Shown: in pieces, positions 22,671-30,960 of the stretch
Layout: each line of letters starts with the position of its first letter
Position numbering within the stretch: the first letter of the stretch is position 1
Source: a virus
Length of the DNA: 43,085 nt
Virus record (IMG/VR): IMGVR_UViG_3300031673_000137
Location: 1-43,085 of that record
Direction: 5' to 3' (one strand)
Notes under the pieces: generated by a model
Databases searched by the model: none
What the model was told of the DNA's origin: nothing
What the model saw: only the letters and a program-made list of their open reading frames with translations
Position numbers and translations under genes: made by a program

Positions 22671-22838
22671 ATGAGCGGATCGAGAAAGGCATTAGCAATG
22701 TGGGGCGCGCAACAATTGACGCGCAGGGGCAAAGCGATACCAGACAGCACGCGCAAGGTGGCGGGCAATGGGTATGCTACGGCGTTAGCGAGCGCGCAAA
22801 CACCGACAAAAAAGATAAAAAAATCATGCTCTATTTAA
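22671..22838 (+). CDS. Hypothetical basic protein (55 aa); the alternative frame 22655-22876 (73 aa) cannot be excluded
   Basis: ATG 22671 lies 6 nt after AAAGGAAA. The 73-aa alternative would need a TTG start without an RBS. Confidence 0.35.
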   Translation: MSGSRKALAMWGAQQLTRRGKAIPDSTRKVAGNGYATALASAQTPTKKIKKSCSI

Positions 22839-22901
22839 TCGCTGTAATTCTCTACATCCTGCGCACCCAGGATTAAACCCCTTCCCCTAATCGCAACATA
22901 C

Positions 22902-22930
22902 AGCCCGCCATTGTGCGGGCTTTTTGCTTT
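22902..22930 (+). terminator. Rho-independent terminator closing the accessory region
   Basis: Stem GCCCGC / GCGGGC with loop CATTGT, followed by TTTTTGCTTTT. Confidence 0.75.
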
Positions 22931-22970
22931 TGTAGCGTTTCACCAGGTAGCTGGATCGAGTGTTGATACC

Positions 22971-23240
22971 TGCCCATCAGCACTGCCCATCAGCACCGCC
23001 CATCAGCACCACCCATCAGCACCACCCATCAGCACCACCCATCAGCACCACCCATCAGCACTGCCCATCAGCACTGCCCATCAGCCCTCAGCCCTCAGCC
23101 CTCAGCCCTCAGCCCTCAGCCCTCAGCCCTCAGCCCTCAGCCCTCAGCCCTCAGCCCTCAGCCCTCAGCCCTCCGCCCTCAACCCTCAGCCCTGCCCTGC
23201 CCTGCCCTGCCCGCCGCCGCCGCCGCCGCCGCCGCCGCCG
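22971..23240. repeat. Compound C-rich satellite: 13-bp x 8.8, then 7-bp x 15, then 5-bp x 4, then 3-bp x 10
   Basis: Hand count. (Y)(G/A)CCCATCAGCAC units at 22971-23085. CCTCAGC units at 23086-23190 (13 perfect, 2 variant). CCTGC units at 23191-23210. CCG units at 23211-23240. Confidence 0.9.
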
Positions 23241-23322
23241 AGGAGGGCATAGGCAATCCCTGCCGCCCTCGCCGCTCTAGACCGCGCATGTGCCTTTACT
23301 TCATCGCTATTCGGGTATTCCG

Positions 23323-23352
23323 TTGCACCGTAACGAATCATTATGTTACAAT
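23323..23352 (+). promoter_or_regulatory. Candidate late promoter (TTGCAC-18-TGtTACAAT) placing the transcript start at or next to the terS ATG
   Basis: The -35 is 23323-23328 and the extended -10 is 23344-23352. The inverted repeat GTAACGAAT (23330-38) / ATTCGTTAC (23351-59) overlaps it. No SD is visible before ATG 23360. Confidence 0.35.
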
Positions 23353-23359
23353 TCGTTAC

Positions 23360-23968
23360 ATGGATACCCCTAAAAAGCCCGGCCCGAAGCCGAAGAACGG
23401 AATACCGATGACCGGAGCGGAACGTGCTCGCGCCTGCCGCGCCGCGAAGGCCGGAAAGGTAATCGCCGCAGCCCCGCCCCCCGAACCCAAACCGCTACCT
23501 GCGCCGAAAGTGCGCAAAGCCAGATCGGATTCGACGGATAGCGCAATCATCGCGATGGCGAACGCCAGCAAAGCGCCCCTGATGCCCCCGATGCACGTAT
23601 CGCTCACCGAGAAGGCGATGTACTTCTGGGGTGGCATCATCGAGTCCCGTGCGCGCGATGCGTGGACAACCGCCGAGCTAGTCACGGCGGCGGCACTGGC
23701 AAATTGCCAAGCGCGAATCGAGGAGGAAGAGTATCTGATCGAGGCCGAGGGGAGCATCACCACGGACATCATGGGCAAAGACCAGATCAACCCGAGGGCG
23801 AAGCTGGTAGAGATTTACCATAAGCGGGCGCTGGCGCTGATGCGAACGCTGCGGATGGGAGGCACGGCGGCGGGCGACCCCGCCGATCTGGTGAAGGGCC
23901 GCACACTGGAGGGTGCTGCGCGCAAAATGATGCAGGATGAAGATGACCCCCACGGGCTGCTGGCGTGA
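23360..23968 (+). CDS. terS: Terminase small subunit (P27-family-like, 202 aa)
   Basis: Lies upstream of HNH and terL. The N-terminal PKKPGPKPK and the later NP...KL..Y pattern resemble P27-type small terminases. Start set at MDTPKKPG. Confidence 0.6.
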   Translation: MDTPKKPGPKPKNGIPMTGAERARACRAAKAGKVIAAAPPPEPKPLPAPKVRKARSDSTDSAIIAMANASKAPLMPPMHVSLTEKAMYFWGGIIESRARDAWTTAELVTAAALANCQARIEEEEYLIEAEGSITTDIMGKDQINPRAKLVEIYHKRALALMRTLRMGGTAAGDPADLVKGRTLEGAARKMMQDEDDPHGLLA

Positions 23969-24143
23969 AAGGGGTTTGGCGGTTCAGAGTGCGGGTACGC
24001 CGCACCGCGACGCGGGAGGATGGCGCTCGAGCATTGCGCTTCGGAGTTTGCGTTGGCTATTGGCCGTGTATGCTCGCACCCTACATCCAGTTAGGACTCG
24101 GCACGTACCTACTGGATGTTTATTTTGGGCACGAGGGCAATAA

Positions 24144-24446
24144 ATGAGCTGGAGCAAAGAGTCGTCCACCAAGCGCGGGTACGGGTACAAGTGGCAACAG
24201 CTCCGACTCGCGGCACTTAAGCGCGACAAGGGCTTGTGCCAACCATGCCGGCGCGCGGGCCGCGTGACGCTCGCCACCGCCGTGGATCACATCATGCCTA
24301 AGGCGGAATGCAGGCGGCTACGCATCCCATCGGACTACCTGAACAACCTGCAAGGAATTTGCAAGGATTGCCACGATAAAAAGACGACGAAAGAGAATGG
24401 CGGTGAGCCGATAAAGGCTACGGGATTGGACGGCTGGCCTCTATGA
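24144..24446 (+). CDS. HNH endonuclease associated with the terminase (100 aa)
   Basis: CQPC...VDHIMP...NLQGICKDCHDKKT. ATGA overlap with terL. Confidence 0.85.
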   Translation: MSWSKESSTKRGYGYKWQQLRLAALKRDKGLCQPCRRAGRVTLATAVDHIMPKAECRRLRIPSDYLNNLQGICKDCHDKKTTKENGGEPIKATGLDGWPL

Positions 24447-25951
24447 CACGCGGCGAAAAGGTCTGCGCATTTATCGAGGGCTTCGTACTCGTTCCCGAGG
24501 GGGACTTGCTCGGGAAGCCGATGGTGCTTGACCCATTCCAGCGCGACTTTATCCTTGACGTATACGACAATCAGCACGGCACCCACACGGCGATTCTCAG
24601 CATCGCCCGCAAGAACGGCAAGACCGGTTTGATTGCCGCGCTGTTGCTCGCGCACCTCTGCGGCCCCGAAGCGGTGCAGAACAGCCAGATTGTCAGCGGT
24701 GCGATGAGCAAGGAGCAAGCCGCCGTGGTGTTTGAACTTGCGCGCAAGATGGTGGAGATGTCACCCAAACTCTCGGCGCTGGTTCGCGTGCAACCATCCG
24801 GCAAACGGCTCATCGGGCTGCGCAAGAACGTCCTCTACCGCGCGCTGTCCGCCGAAGGCAAGACCGCGCACGGGCTGTCGCCCATACTCGCCATATTGGA
24901 TGAGGTGGGCCAGATCGTCGGGCCGACTGACAAATTCGTCGAGGCGATCACCTCGGCGCAGGGCGCGTATACCAATCCGCTGCTGATTGCCATATCAACC
25001 CAAGCGCCGACAGCCAACGACCTTCTGAGTACGTGGATCGACGCGCAGCGCAACGCGCCCGACCCGCGAACTGTGTGCCACGTCTACGAAGCGCCCGACG
25101 ACTGTGCGCTGGACGACAAAGCGGCATGGGCGGCGGCCAACCCGGCGATGGGCGTGTTCCGCAGCATCGGCGACATCGAGAAGCAATGCAAACAAGCGAT
25201 GGAACTGCCGGCGAACGAACCCGCATTCCGCAACTTGGTGCTCAATATGCGCGTGGAGGCCGATTCACCGTTCGTCTCGCGCAGCGTTTGGGAAGCAAAC
25301 GGCGCATCGCCGGGCGACAAGCCAGTCGGCAAGGTATGGGCAGGGCTGGACTTGTCGGCGGTAGCCGACTTGACTGCTTTTGTGGCTGTTGACGAGACGG
25401 GCGGGGTGTTTCCGACGTTTTGGCTGCCGCATGAAGGGCTACGCGAGAAGGCGCGCAAGGAAAAAGTCCCGTATGACCTCTGGGAACGTGAGGGTTTATT
25501 GCTCACAACCCCCGGCAAAGCCATCGAGTACGCGCATGTAGCGGGGTTTTTACGCACGTTTTTCAATGAAAACGACGTGCAAGCCGTGGGGTTTGATAGG
25601 TATTTGTTCAATTTCCTGAAGCCGTGGCTGGAAAAAGAGGGTTTTTCCGAGGCAGAATTAGGGAAATTCATACCTTTTGGGCAGGGAACGGTGTCGCAAA
25701 CGCCAGCTTTGCGTGAATTAGAGGTGAAACTGAGTAATCACGCTCTAAAACACGGGAATCATCCAGTTATGAATATGTGTTGCGCGAATGCGAAGGTAGT
25801 AGGCACTACCGATTGTAGAAAGTTCGACAAAAAGAAGCAGCGCGGTAGAATTGACGGAATGAGCGCCTTGGCCAACGCAATCGGCGTAATGCCGACGATC
25901 CCCGAAGACACGACCTCAATTTACGACACACAAGGGGTGTACATTGGCTAA
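24443..25951 (+). CDS. terL: Terminase large subunit (502 aa)
   Basis: Walker A-like ARKNGKTG, Walker B ILAILDEVGQ. Size and position before the portal gene fit. Confidence 0.85.
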   Translation: MTRGEKVCAFIEGFVLVPEGDLLGKPMVLDPFQRDFILDVYDNQHGTHTAILSIARKNGKTGLIAALLLAHLCGPEAVQNSQIVSGAMSKEQAAVVFELARKMVEMSPKLSALVRVQPSGKRLIGLRKNVLYRALSAEGKTAHGLSPILAILDEVGQIVGPTDKFVEAITSAQGAYTNPLLIAISTQAPTANDLLSTWIDAQRNAPDPRTVCHVYEAPDDCALDDKAAWAAANPAMGVFRSIGDIEKQCKQAMELPANEPAFRNLVLNMRVEADSPFVSRSVWEANGASPGDKPVGKVWAGLDLSAVADLTAFVAVDETGGVFPTFWLPHEGLREKARKEKVPYDLWEREGLLLTTPGKAIEYAHVAGFLRTFFNENDVQAVGFDRYLFNFLKPWLEKEGFSEAELGKFIPFGQGTVSQTPALRELEVKLSNHALKHGNHPVMNMCCANAKVVGTTDCRKFDKKKQRGRIDGMSALANAIGVMPTIPEDTTSIYDTQGVYIG

Positions 25952-25996
25952 ATCTGTGTTATATTCGGCGGAATTGTAATTTAAGGGTGCCGCTAG

Positions 25997-27280
25997 ATGG
26001 GCTTTTTTGACAGGATATTCGGCTCAAGAGCCAGCGCGGGCAACATAGGCCCACCCCGCGATCCGGTGATTGCGCAGTGGTTTGGGCAAGGTAGCCAATC
26101 CGCCAGCGGCATGAATGTCACGCCAGATAACGCCATGCGCGTAACCGCCGTGTACCGCGCCGTGTCTCTCTTGGCGCAGACGTATGCCTCGCTACCCCTC
26201 GGAGTGTATAAGCTGATGCCGAACGGCGGAAGCGTTCTCGATATCGAGCACCCACTCCAATACACCCTCACAAAACGCCCGAACAAGTGGCAGACGAGCT
26301 TTGAATGGCGCGAGATGCAATATGCCCACTTCGCCCTGCGCGGTCGCTGCTACTCCGAGATCATATCCACGGGTGGCAAGTCCGTCGCGCAACTCATCCC
26401 CCTTCACCCAGACCATGTGAGGCCCTTTAAGGCACCGAATGGTAAGCTGGCCTTCGAGTACACACCGCCGATAGGCGAATCGCGCATCATTTTGCAAAGC
26501 GAGATGTGCTTCATGCACGGCTTGACGGTAGGCGAGGATGGAGTAACGCCACTCTCACCAATATCCGCCTATGGGCGTGAAGCGATTGGCAACGCGCTTG
26601 CCACGCAGGAACACGCGGGCAAACTTTTCGCAAACGGCACACGCCTCGGCGGATTGCTCAAGATGCCCGGTCACTTGGCGGACGATACGAAGCGCAAGGG
26701 CTTGCTTGACGGATGGAATAGAGCCTTCGGCGGCACGCGCAACACAGGCAAGACCGCGCTGCTTGAGGATGGCTTGGAATGGCAAGCACTTGGCATGACC
26801 AGCGAGGATGCTCAACTGATCGAGACGATGCGCTGGTCGGTAGCCGACATATCCCGCATTTTCGACGGCATCCCGCTGCATCTATTGTCGGAGCTTGAGC
26901 GTTCTACGAATAACAACATTGAGCATCAAGGAATTTCCTTTGTAACCAATACGATACGCCCCGGCGCGATACGGCGCGAAGAAGCCCTTGAACGCGACTT
27001 GCTCTACGGCAAGGACGCAATCACCCACTGCATTAAATTCGACCTCGACGGCCTGATGCGCGGCGACGCAGCCAGCCGAGCCGCGTATTACACCAGCGGA
27101 CTCGCGAATGGCTACCTGTCTCGCAATGAGGTGCGCATCGAAGAGGGCATGAACCCATCCACCGACGAGGGTATGGACTCGTTCACTTGCCAATTGAACA
27201 TGACCACTATCGACAAAGTAGGGTTGGTTCCGCCCAAGCCCGAAGCGCCAGTAAAAATTGACACGCCGCCGAATCCGTAG
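25997..27280 (+). CDS. Portal protein, HK97 family (427 aa)
   Basis: Order terL-portal-protease-capsid. N-terminal region AMRVTAVYRAVSLLAQTYASLPLGVY is typical of HK97-type portals. Confidence 0.85.
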   Translation: MGFFDRIFGSRASAGNIGPPRDPVIAQWFGQGSQSASGMNVTPDNAMRVTAVYRAVSLLAQTYASLPLGVYKLMPNGGSVLDIEHPLQYTLTKRPNKWQTSFEWREMQYAHFALRGRCYSEIISTGGKSVAQLIPLHPDHVRPFKAPNGKLAFEYTPPIGESRIILQSEMCFMHGLTVGEDGVTPLSPISAYGREAIGNALATQEHAGKLFANGTRLGGLLKMPGHLADDTKRKGLLDGWNRAFGGTRNTGKTALLEDGLEWQALGMTSEDAQLIETMRWSVADISRIFDGIPLHLLSELERSTNNNIEHQGISFVTNTIRPGAIRREEALERDLLYGKDAITHCIKFDLDGLMRGDAASRAAYYTSGLANGYLSRNEVRIEEGMNPSTDEGMDSFTCQLNMTTIDKVGLVPPKPEAPVKIDTPPNP

Positions 27281-27308
27281 TATTTTGTTGAAAAATGAAA
27301 GGTCGCCA

Positions 27309-27887
27309 ATGACAAAAGAACGCGAAGTACGCACAATCTGCACCGAATTGCGAGCAATGCCGCAAGACGGCAAGCCGTCTAAAATCTGCGGACACGCTGC
27401 GAACTTCAATTCCATGTCGCAAGACCTCGGAGGCTTCACTGAGCGCATCGCGCCAGGCGCGTTCGCCAAAACTATTCTCGATGCCGACGTGCGCGCCTTG
27501 TGGAACCACGACGCAAACATTGTCCTTGGCCGCAACAAGTCCGGCACGCTCACCCTCGCCGAAGATTCGCAAGGCTTGTATTTTGAGATCGACGCGCCCG
27601 ACACCCAGTTGGTGCGCGATATGGTAATCGGCCCGATCACACGCGGCGACGTGAGCCAGTGTTCGTTTGGCTTCTACACCATTGCTGACAAGTGGGAAAA
27701 CATCGAAGGCCGCGCTGTGCGCACCCTGTTGGAGTGCGAATTGCTCGACGTGTCGCCCGTGACCTATCCGGCGTACAACTCGACTGACGTAGCGATGCGC
27801 TCGGCGCAAACCGTGTCGAACGAAACGAAGCAGCATCTCGGTTGGGCGAACGAGATTTTGCGCATGAGATTGGAATTATCGGCTTAA
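27309..27887 (+). CDS. Prohead protease, HK97 family (S78; 192 aa)
   Basis: GHAANFNS...ERIAPGAF...VRALWNHD...LG and DVSPVTYPAY motifs. Start set at ATG 27309 behind GAAAGG. Confidence 0.85.
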   Translation: MTKEREVRTICTELRAMPQDGKPSKICGHAANFNSMSQDLGGFTERIAPGAFAKTILDADVRALWNHDANIVLGRNKSGTLTLAEDSQGLYFEIDAPDTQLVRDMVIGPITRGDVSQCSFGFYTIADKWENIEGRAVRTLLECELLDVSPVTYPAYNSTDVAMRSAQTVSNETKQHLGWANEILRMRLELSA

Positions 27888-27996
27888 AAGTTTCAAGCTG
27901 GCACTCCACTTGTCGCACGGGCGGTGGATGCTTCTAAAAAGGTGTTCAATGCCCGTGCAAAACTAACGCCGTGAGGCGCTGTAGAAGGGAAAGACC

Positions 27997-29247
27997 ATGA
28001 GCAAATTGCAAGAAATGCGCGACGCACGCGGCAAGGCTATTGCCGATGCGCGCTCCATCCTCGACAAAGCCGACACCGAAAAGCGCGGCCTGTCCGCCGA
28101 AGAAAACGCCACTTACGACACCATCTTCGCCAAATCCGAAGAACTCCGCGCGAGCATTGCCCGCGAAGAGTCTCTGGCAACTGCCGAACGCGATGCCGCC
28201 GAAGCTTCTTTGCGCAGCAAGGATGCCCGCAAGGACACCACTTCCGGCAAGTCGGTTGACGACGAAACCCGCGCGCTGGGCCAGACTGGCACTGACGAAT
28301 ACCGCGCCGCGTTCAGCAAGTTGCTGGCACAAGGCCACCGCAATCTGAGCGATGCCGAAACACGCGCGCTGCAAGCGGACATCGACACGTCAGGCGGCTT
28401 TACCGTTGCCCCGATCCAGTGGGTGAACCAACTCATCAAGAACATTGATGACCAAGTATTCATCCGTGGTCGCGCCACCAAATTCCGCCTGACCAATTCC
28501 GCCAGCATGGGCGCACCGACTCTGGTGAACAACCCGGCAGACAGCGATTGGACAACCGAACTCGCAACTGGCAACGAGGACAGCACCTTGTCCTTCGGCA
28601 AGCGCGAACTGAACCCGCACCCCCTGGCAAAACGCTTGAAGGTATCGAACAAGCTGATCGCGATGAGCGCAATGGGAATCGATGCTTTCGTGCGCGAACG
28701 CTTGGCTTACAAGTTCGGCATCACGCAAGAAAAAGCGTTCCTGACTGGCACTGGCGTAAATCAGCCTCTCGGCCTGTTTACCGCCTCGGCGAACGGCATC
28801 CCGACTTCCCGCGACGTATCCACCGGCAATACAACGACTGCGCCGACTTTCGATGGCCTGATCGAAGCCAAGTTCAGCCTGAAAGGCGCGTACTGGAATC
28901 AAGCGGATTGGATTTTCCATCGTGACGTGCTGAAAGGTTTGACCAAGCTGAAGGATGGCGAAGGCGAGTACATCTGGCGTCAAGCGATTACTGACGGCGA
29001 ACCCGACCGCTTGCTGGGTCGTCCGATCACCATGTCGGAATACGCACCGAACACGCTCACCACCGGCTTGTATGTCGGTATCCTGGGCGACTTCTCTCAA
29101 TACTGGATCGCTGACGCGCTGGACTTCCAAGTTCAGGTGCTCAAGGAACTGTATGCCGAGACGAACCAGACTGGATACATCGGTCGTTTGGAAACGGACG
29201 GTATGCCTGTTCTCGCCGAAGCGTTTGCTCGCGTAAAGCTGGCCTAA
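27997..29247 (+). CDS. Major capsid protein, HK97 family (416 aa)
   Basis: N-terminal coiled-coil delta-domain-like segment, then a typical HK97-fold length. Lies after the protease. Confidence 0.85.
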   Translation: MSKLQEMRDARGKAIADARSILDKADTEKRGLSAEENATYDTIFAKSEELRASIAREESLATAERDAAEASLRSKDARKDTTSGKSVDDETRALGQTGTDEYRAAFSKLLAQGHRNLSDAETRALQADIDTSGGFTVAPIQWVNQLIKNIDDQVFIRGRATKFRLTNSASMGAPTLVNNPADSDWTTELATGNEDSTLSFGKRELNPHPLAKRLKVSNKLIAMSAMGIDAFVRERLAYKFGITQEKAFLTGTGVNQPLGLFTASANGIPTSRDVSTGNTTTAPTFDGLIEAKFSLKGAYWNQADWIFHRDVLKGLTKLKDGEGEYIWRQAITDGEPDRLLGRPITMSEYAPNTLTTGLYVGILGDFSQYWIADALDFQVQVLKELYAETNQTGYIGRLETDGMPVLAEAFARVKLA

Positions 29248-29253
29248 TTTGAC

Positions 29254-29273
29254 GGGGCGGCTGCGGTCGCCCC
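29254..29273 (+). promoter_or_regulatory. GC hairpin just after the capsid gene (GGGGCG-N8-CGCCCC), no T-run
   Basis: Seen in sequence. Possible partial terminator or mRNA stabiliser. Confidence 0.3.
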
Positions 29274-29291
29274 ACCTCAAGGAGAATCACC

Positions 29292-29726
29292 ATGAATTTG
29301 AGTTCAAACACCAAAATCACCGTTGTCGCGCCGTTGGCGACAGCCGCGCAGACCGAAGTCGTAAGTTCGGTGCTGGACATGCAAGGCTACGAAGGCGTGA
29401 TGTTTATCGCGATGCTCGGAGCAGCTACGGCTACCGCCGTACTGACCTTGACCGTCAAAGGTAACACGGCGAACAGCACCAGCAGCCCCGCCCCTGTGAC
29501 GCAAAAAGCAACTGCGGCGTACACCGCAGCAGGCACGGCTTCCGACTCGATGGCGCTGATGGTTGATCTGTGGAAGCCGACTACCCGCTACGTGTTCGCG
29601 TCGTATACCCGCACTGTGGCAAACGCCGCTTTGGGGGGCATCATCGCGATCCAGTACAAGGCGGGCAACGCACCGACCACGCACGACGCAAGCGTAATCG
29701 CTTCGGCTCTCGGCTTGGGCCTGTAA
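29292..29726 (+). CDS. Hypothetical virion protein (144 aa)
   Basis: GGAGAA RBS. Lies between the capsid and connector genes. Ala/Thr-rich. Confidence 0.6.
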   Translation: MNLSSNTKITVVAPLATAAQTEVVSSVLDMQGYEGVMFIAMLGAATATAVLTLTVKGNTANSTSSPAPVTQKATAAYTAAGTASDSMALMVDLWKPTTRYVFASYTRTVANAALGGIIAIQYKAGNAPTTHDASVIASALGLGL

Positions 29727-29773
29727 CAACTCGGCGGCGGGGCAACCCGCTGCTCTAAATTTAGGAGAACAGC

Positions 29774-30223
29774 ATGACTGCTGACGCAACGTACAACACG
29801 AAAGTCCAACAGCGCAACGGCGGCGACTTGCTGGCGGTAGCGTCTGGCGGAACGCTGGATATTGAATCAGGCGGTACACTGAGCATCGCGGGCGTTGATA
29901 AGACCGCTGCCGTAGCCGGTTTGCCCGCCACAACTGACTACGCGGTAGGCGTAGCTGCGGGTTACAAGATTGCTCGCGGTGTGCATCTGCAAGTCGCAGC
30001 AGTTGATACCGTCGTGACTGGTCTGACAACGGTTGTCGCTGTGGTCGCATCACCCATTCAGGCAGTGACCGCCAAACAGTCCTTCGTTGCCGCCTCAATC
30101 GGCAACCAGGCGGGCGCACCGGCGGCGGGTTCTGTGTACCTCGAGACTTTTGCCTCGACTTACGGCGCGGCCATCGACTTCACCGATAATCTTTCTTTCG
30201 CGTGGATCGCGATCGGGACGTAA
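29774..30223 (+). CDS. Hypothetical virion protein (149 aa)
   Basis: AGGAGAA RBS. N-terminal GGDLLAVASGGTLDIESGGTLSIAG repeat-like segment. Confidence 0.6.
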   Translation: MTADATYNTKVQQRNGGDLLAVASGGTLDIESGGTLSIAGVDKTAAVAGLPATTDYAVGVAAGYKIARGVHLQVAAVDTVVTGLTTVVAVVASPIQAVTAKQSFVAASIGNQAGAPAAGSVYLETFASTYGAAIDFTDNLSFAWIAIGT

Positions 30224-30226
30224 ACC

Positions 30227-30598
30227 ATGAGCTATGCACAGCGTCTCGTAGTTCCCGTCACAACAGCGGCGGATGGTTCGGCCACCGCATACAGCGAAGT
30301 CCTCACCGGCAAGCTGTCGCAGATTCGCTACGTCAAGACGGACTTTGACAACGGTGTTGGTTTCACGATTACCGCAGAAGCCACTGGCGAAACGCTCTGG
30401 GCGGAAGCGGCGGTGAATGCCAGCGCCACCCGCGCCCCGCGCCAGGCAACGCACAGCACGGCGGGCGTGGCTGCGCTATACGCCGCTGCGGGAACGGCTG
30501 TAAATGACAAAATCGCACTGGCGAACGATCGCGTCAAAATCGTAATCGCGGCTGGCGGTAACGTCAAGAGCGGGGTTTTTCATTTTGTAATCGAATAA
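30227..30598 (+). CDS. Hypothetical virion protein (123 aa)
   Basis: Tightly packed in the head module. Confidence 0.55.
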   Translation: MSYAQRLVVPVTTAADGSATAYSEVLTGKLSQIRYVKTDFDNGVGFTITAEATGETLWAEAAVNASATRAPRQATHSTAGVAALYAAAGTAVNDKIALANDRVKIVIAAGGNVKSGVFHFVIE

Positions 30599-30608
30599 GG
30601 AGAATCAC

Positions 30609-30959
30609 ATGCCTGCAATCGTCGCAACAAGTATGCTCGGAGCCGGATCGCGCGTAATCACCGAAACCACTCTGAACGGCACGGACAGTTTCACGTTCAA
30701 CCCGACCAAGAATCCGATTATGATTCTGAAAAACACCACGGCGGGGCCGCTGACCGCTACGTTCGTAGGCTCTACCGCCACGACTATCTCGGTGGACGGT
30801 GTGCCGTCTGTGTCCGTCGCAGCGGGTTACGCCACAACCGCAATCGCGGCGACCACTGGCGTTGTCGCCGTGCCTCTGAACACGATCAAGGCATACCTGC
30901 AAGGCACGCTGACAATCACCGGCGGAACAGGCCTGACAGCTACGCTGCTGGAGTTCTAA
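30609..30959 (+). CDS. Hypothetical virion protein (116 aa)
   Basis: AAGGAGAA RBS. Sits in the head module. Confidence 0.55.
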   Translation: MPAIVATSMLGAGSRVITETTLNGTDSFTFNPTKNPIMILKNTTAGPLTATFVGSTATTISVDGVPSVSVAAGYATTAIAATTGVVAVPLNTIKAYLQGTLTITGGTGLTATLLEF

Positions 30960-30960
30960 A

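Noticed and set aside
22911-23280. Track ORFs 22911-23252 and 22960-23280 encoding PSALSPQ / HQHHPSAPPIST / poly-Pro or poly-Arg repeats
   Set aside because: They are translations of the compound satellite. The starts lie inside or just after a terminator hairpin and have no RBS. I treat the region as non-coding, although a repeat protein cannot be formally excluded.
23330-23359. Shared AACGAAT core between the terS inverted repeat and the P1/P2 leaders (GATTAACGAATAG) as a common regulator site
   Set aside because: A 7-mer is expected about five times by chance in 2 x 43 kb. Further copies occur inside coding regions (about 19566 and 10707). This is not significant on its own.
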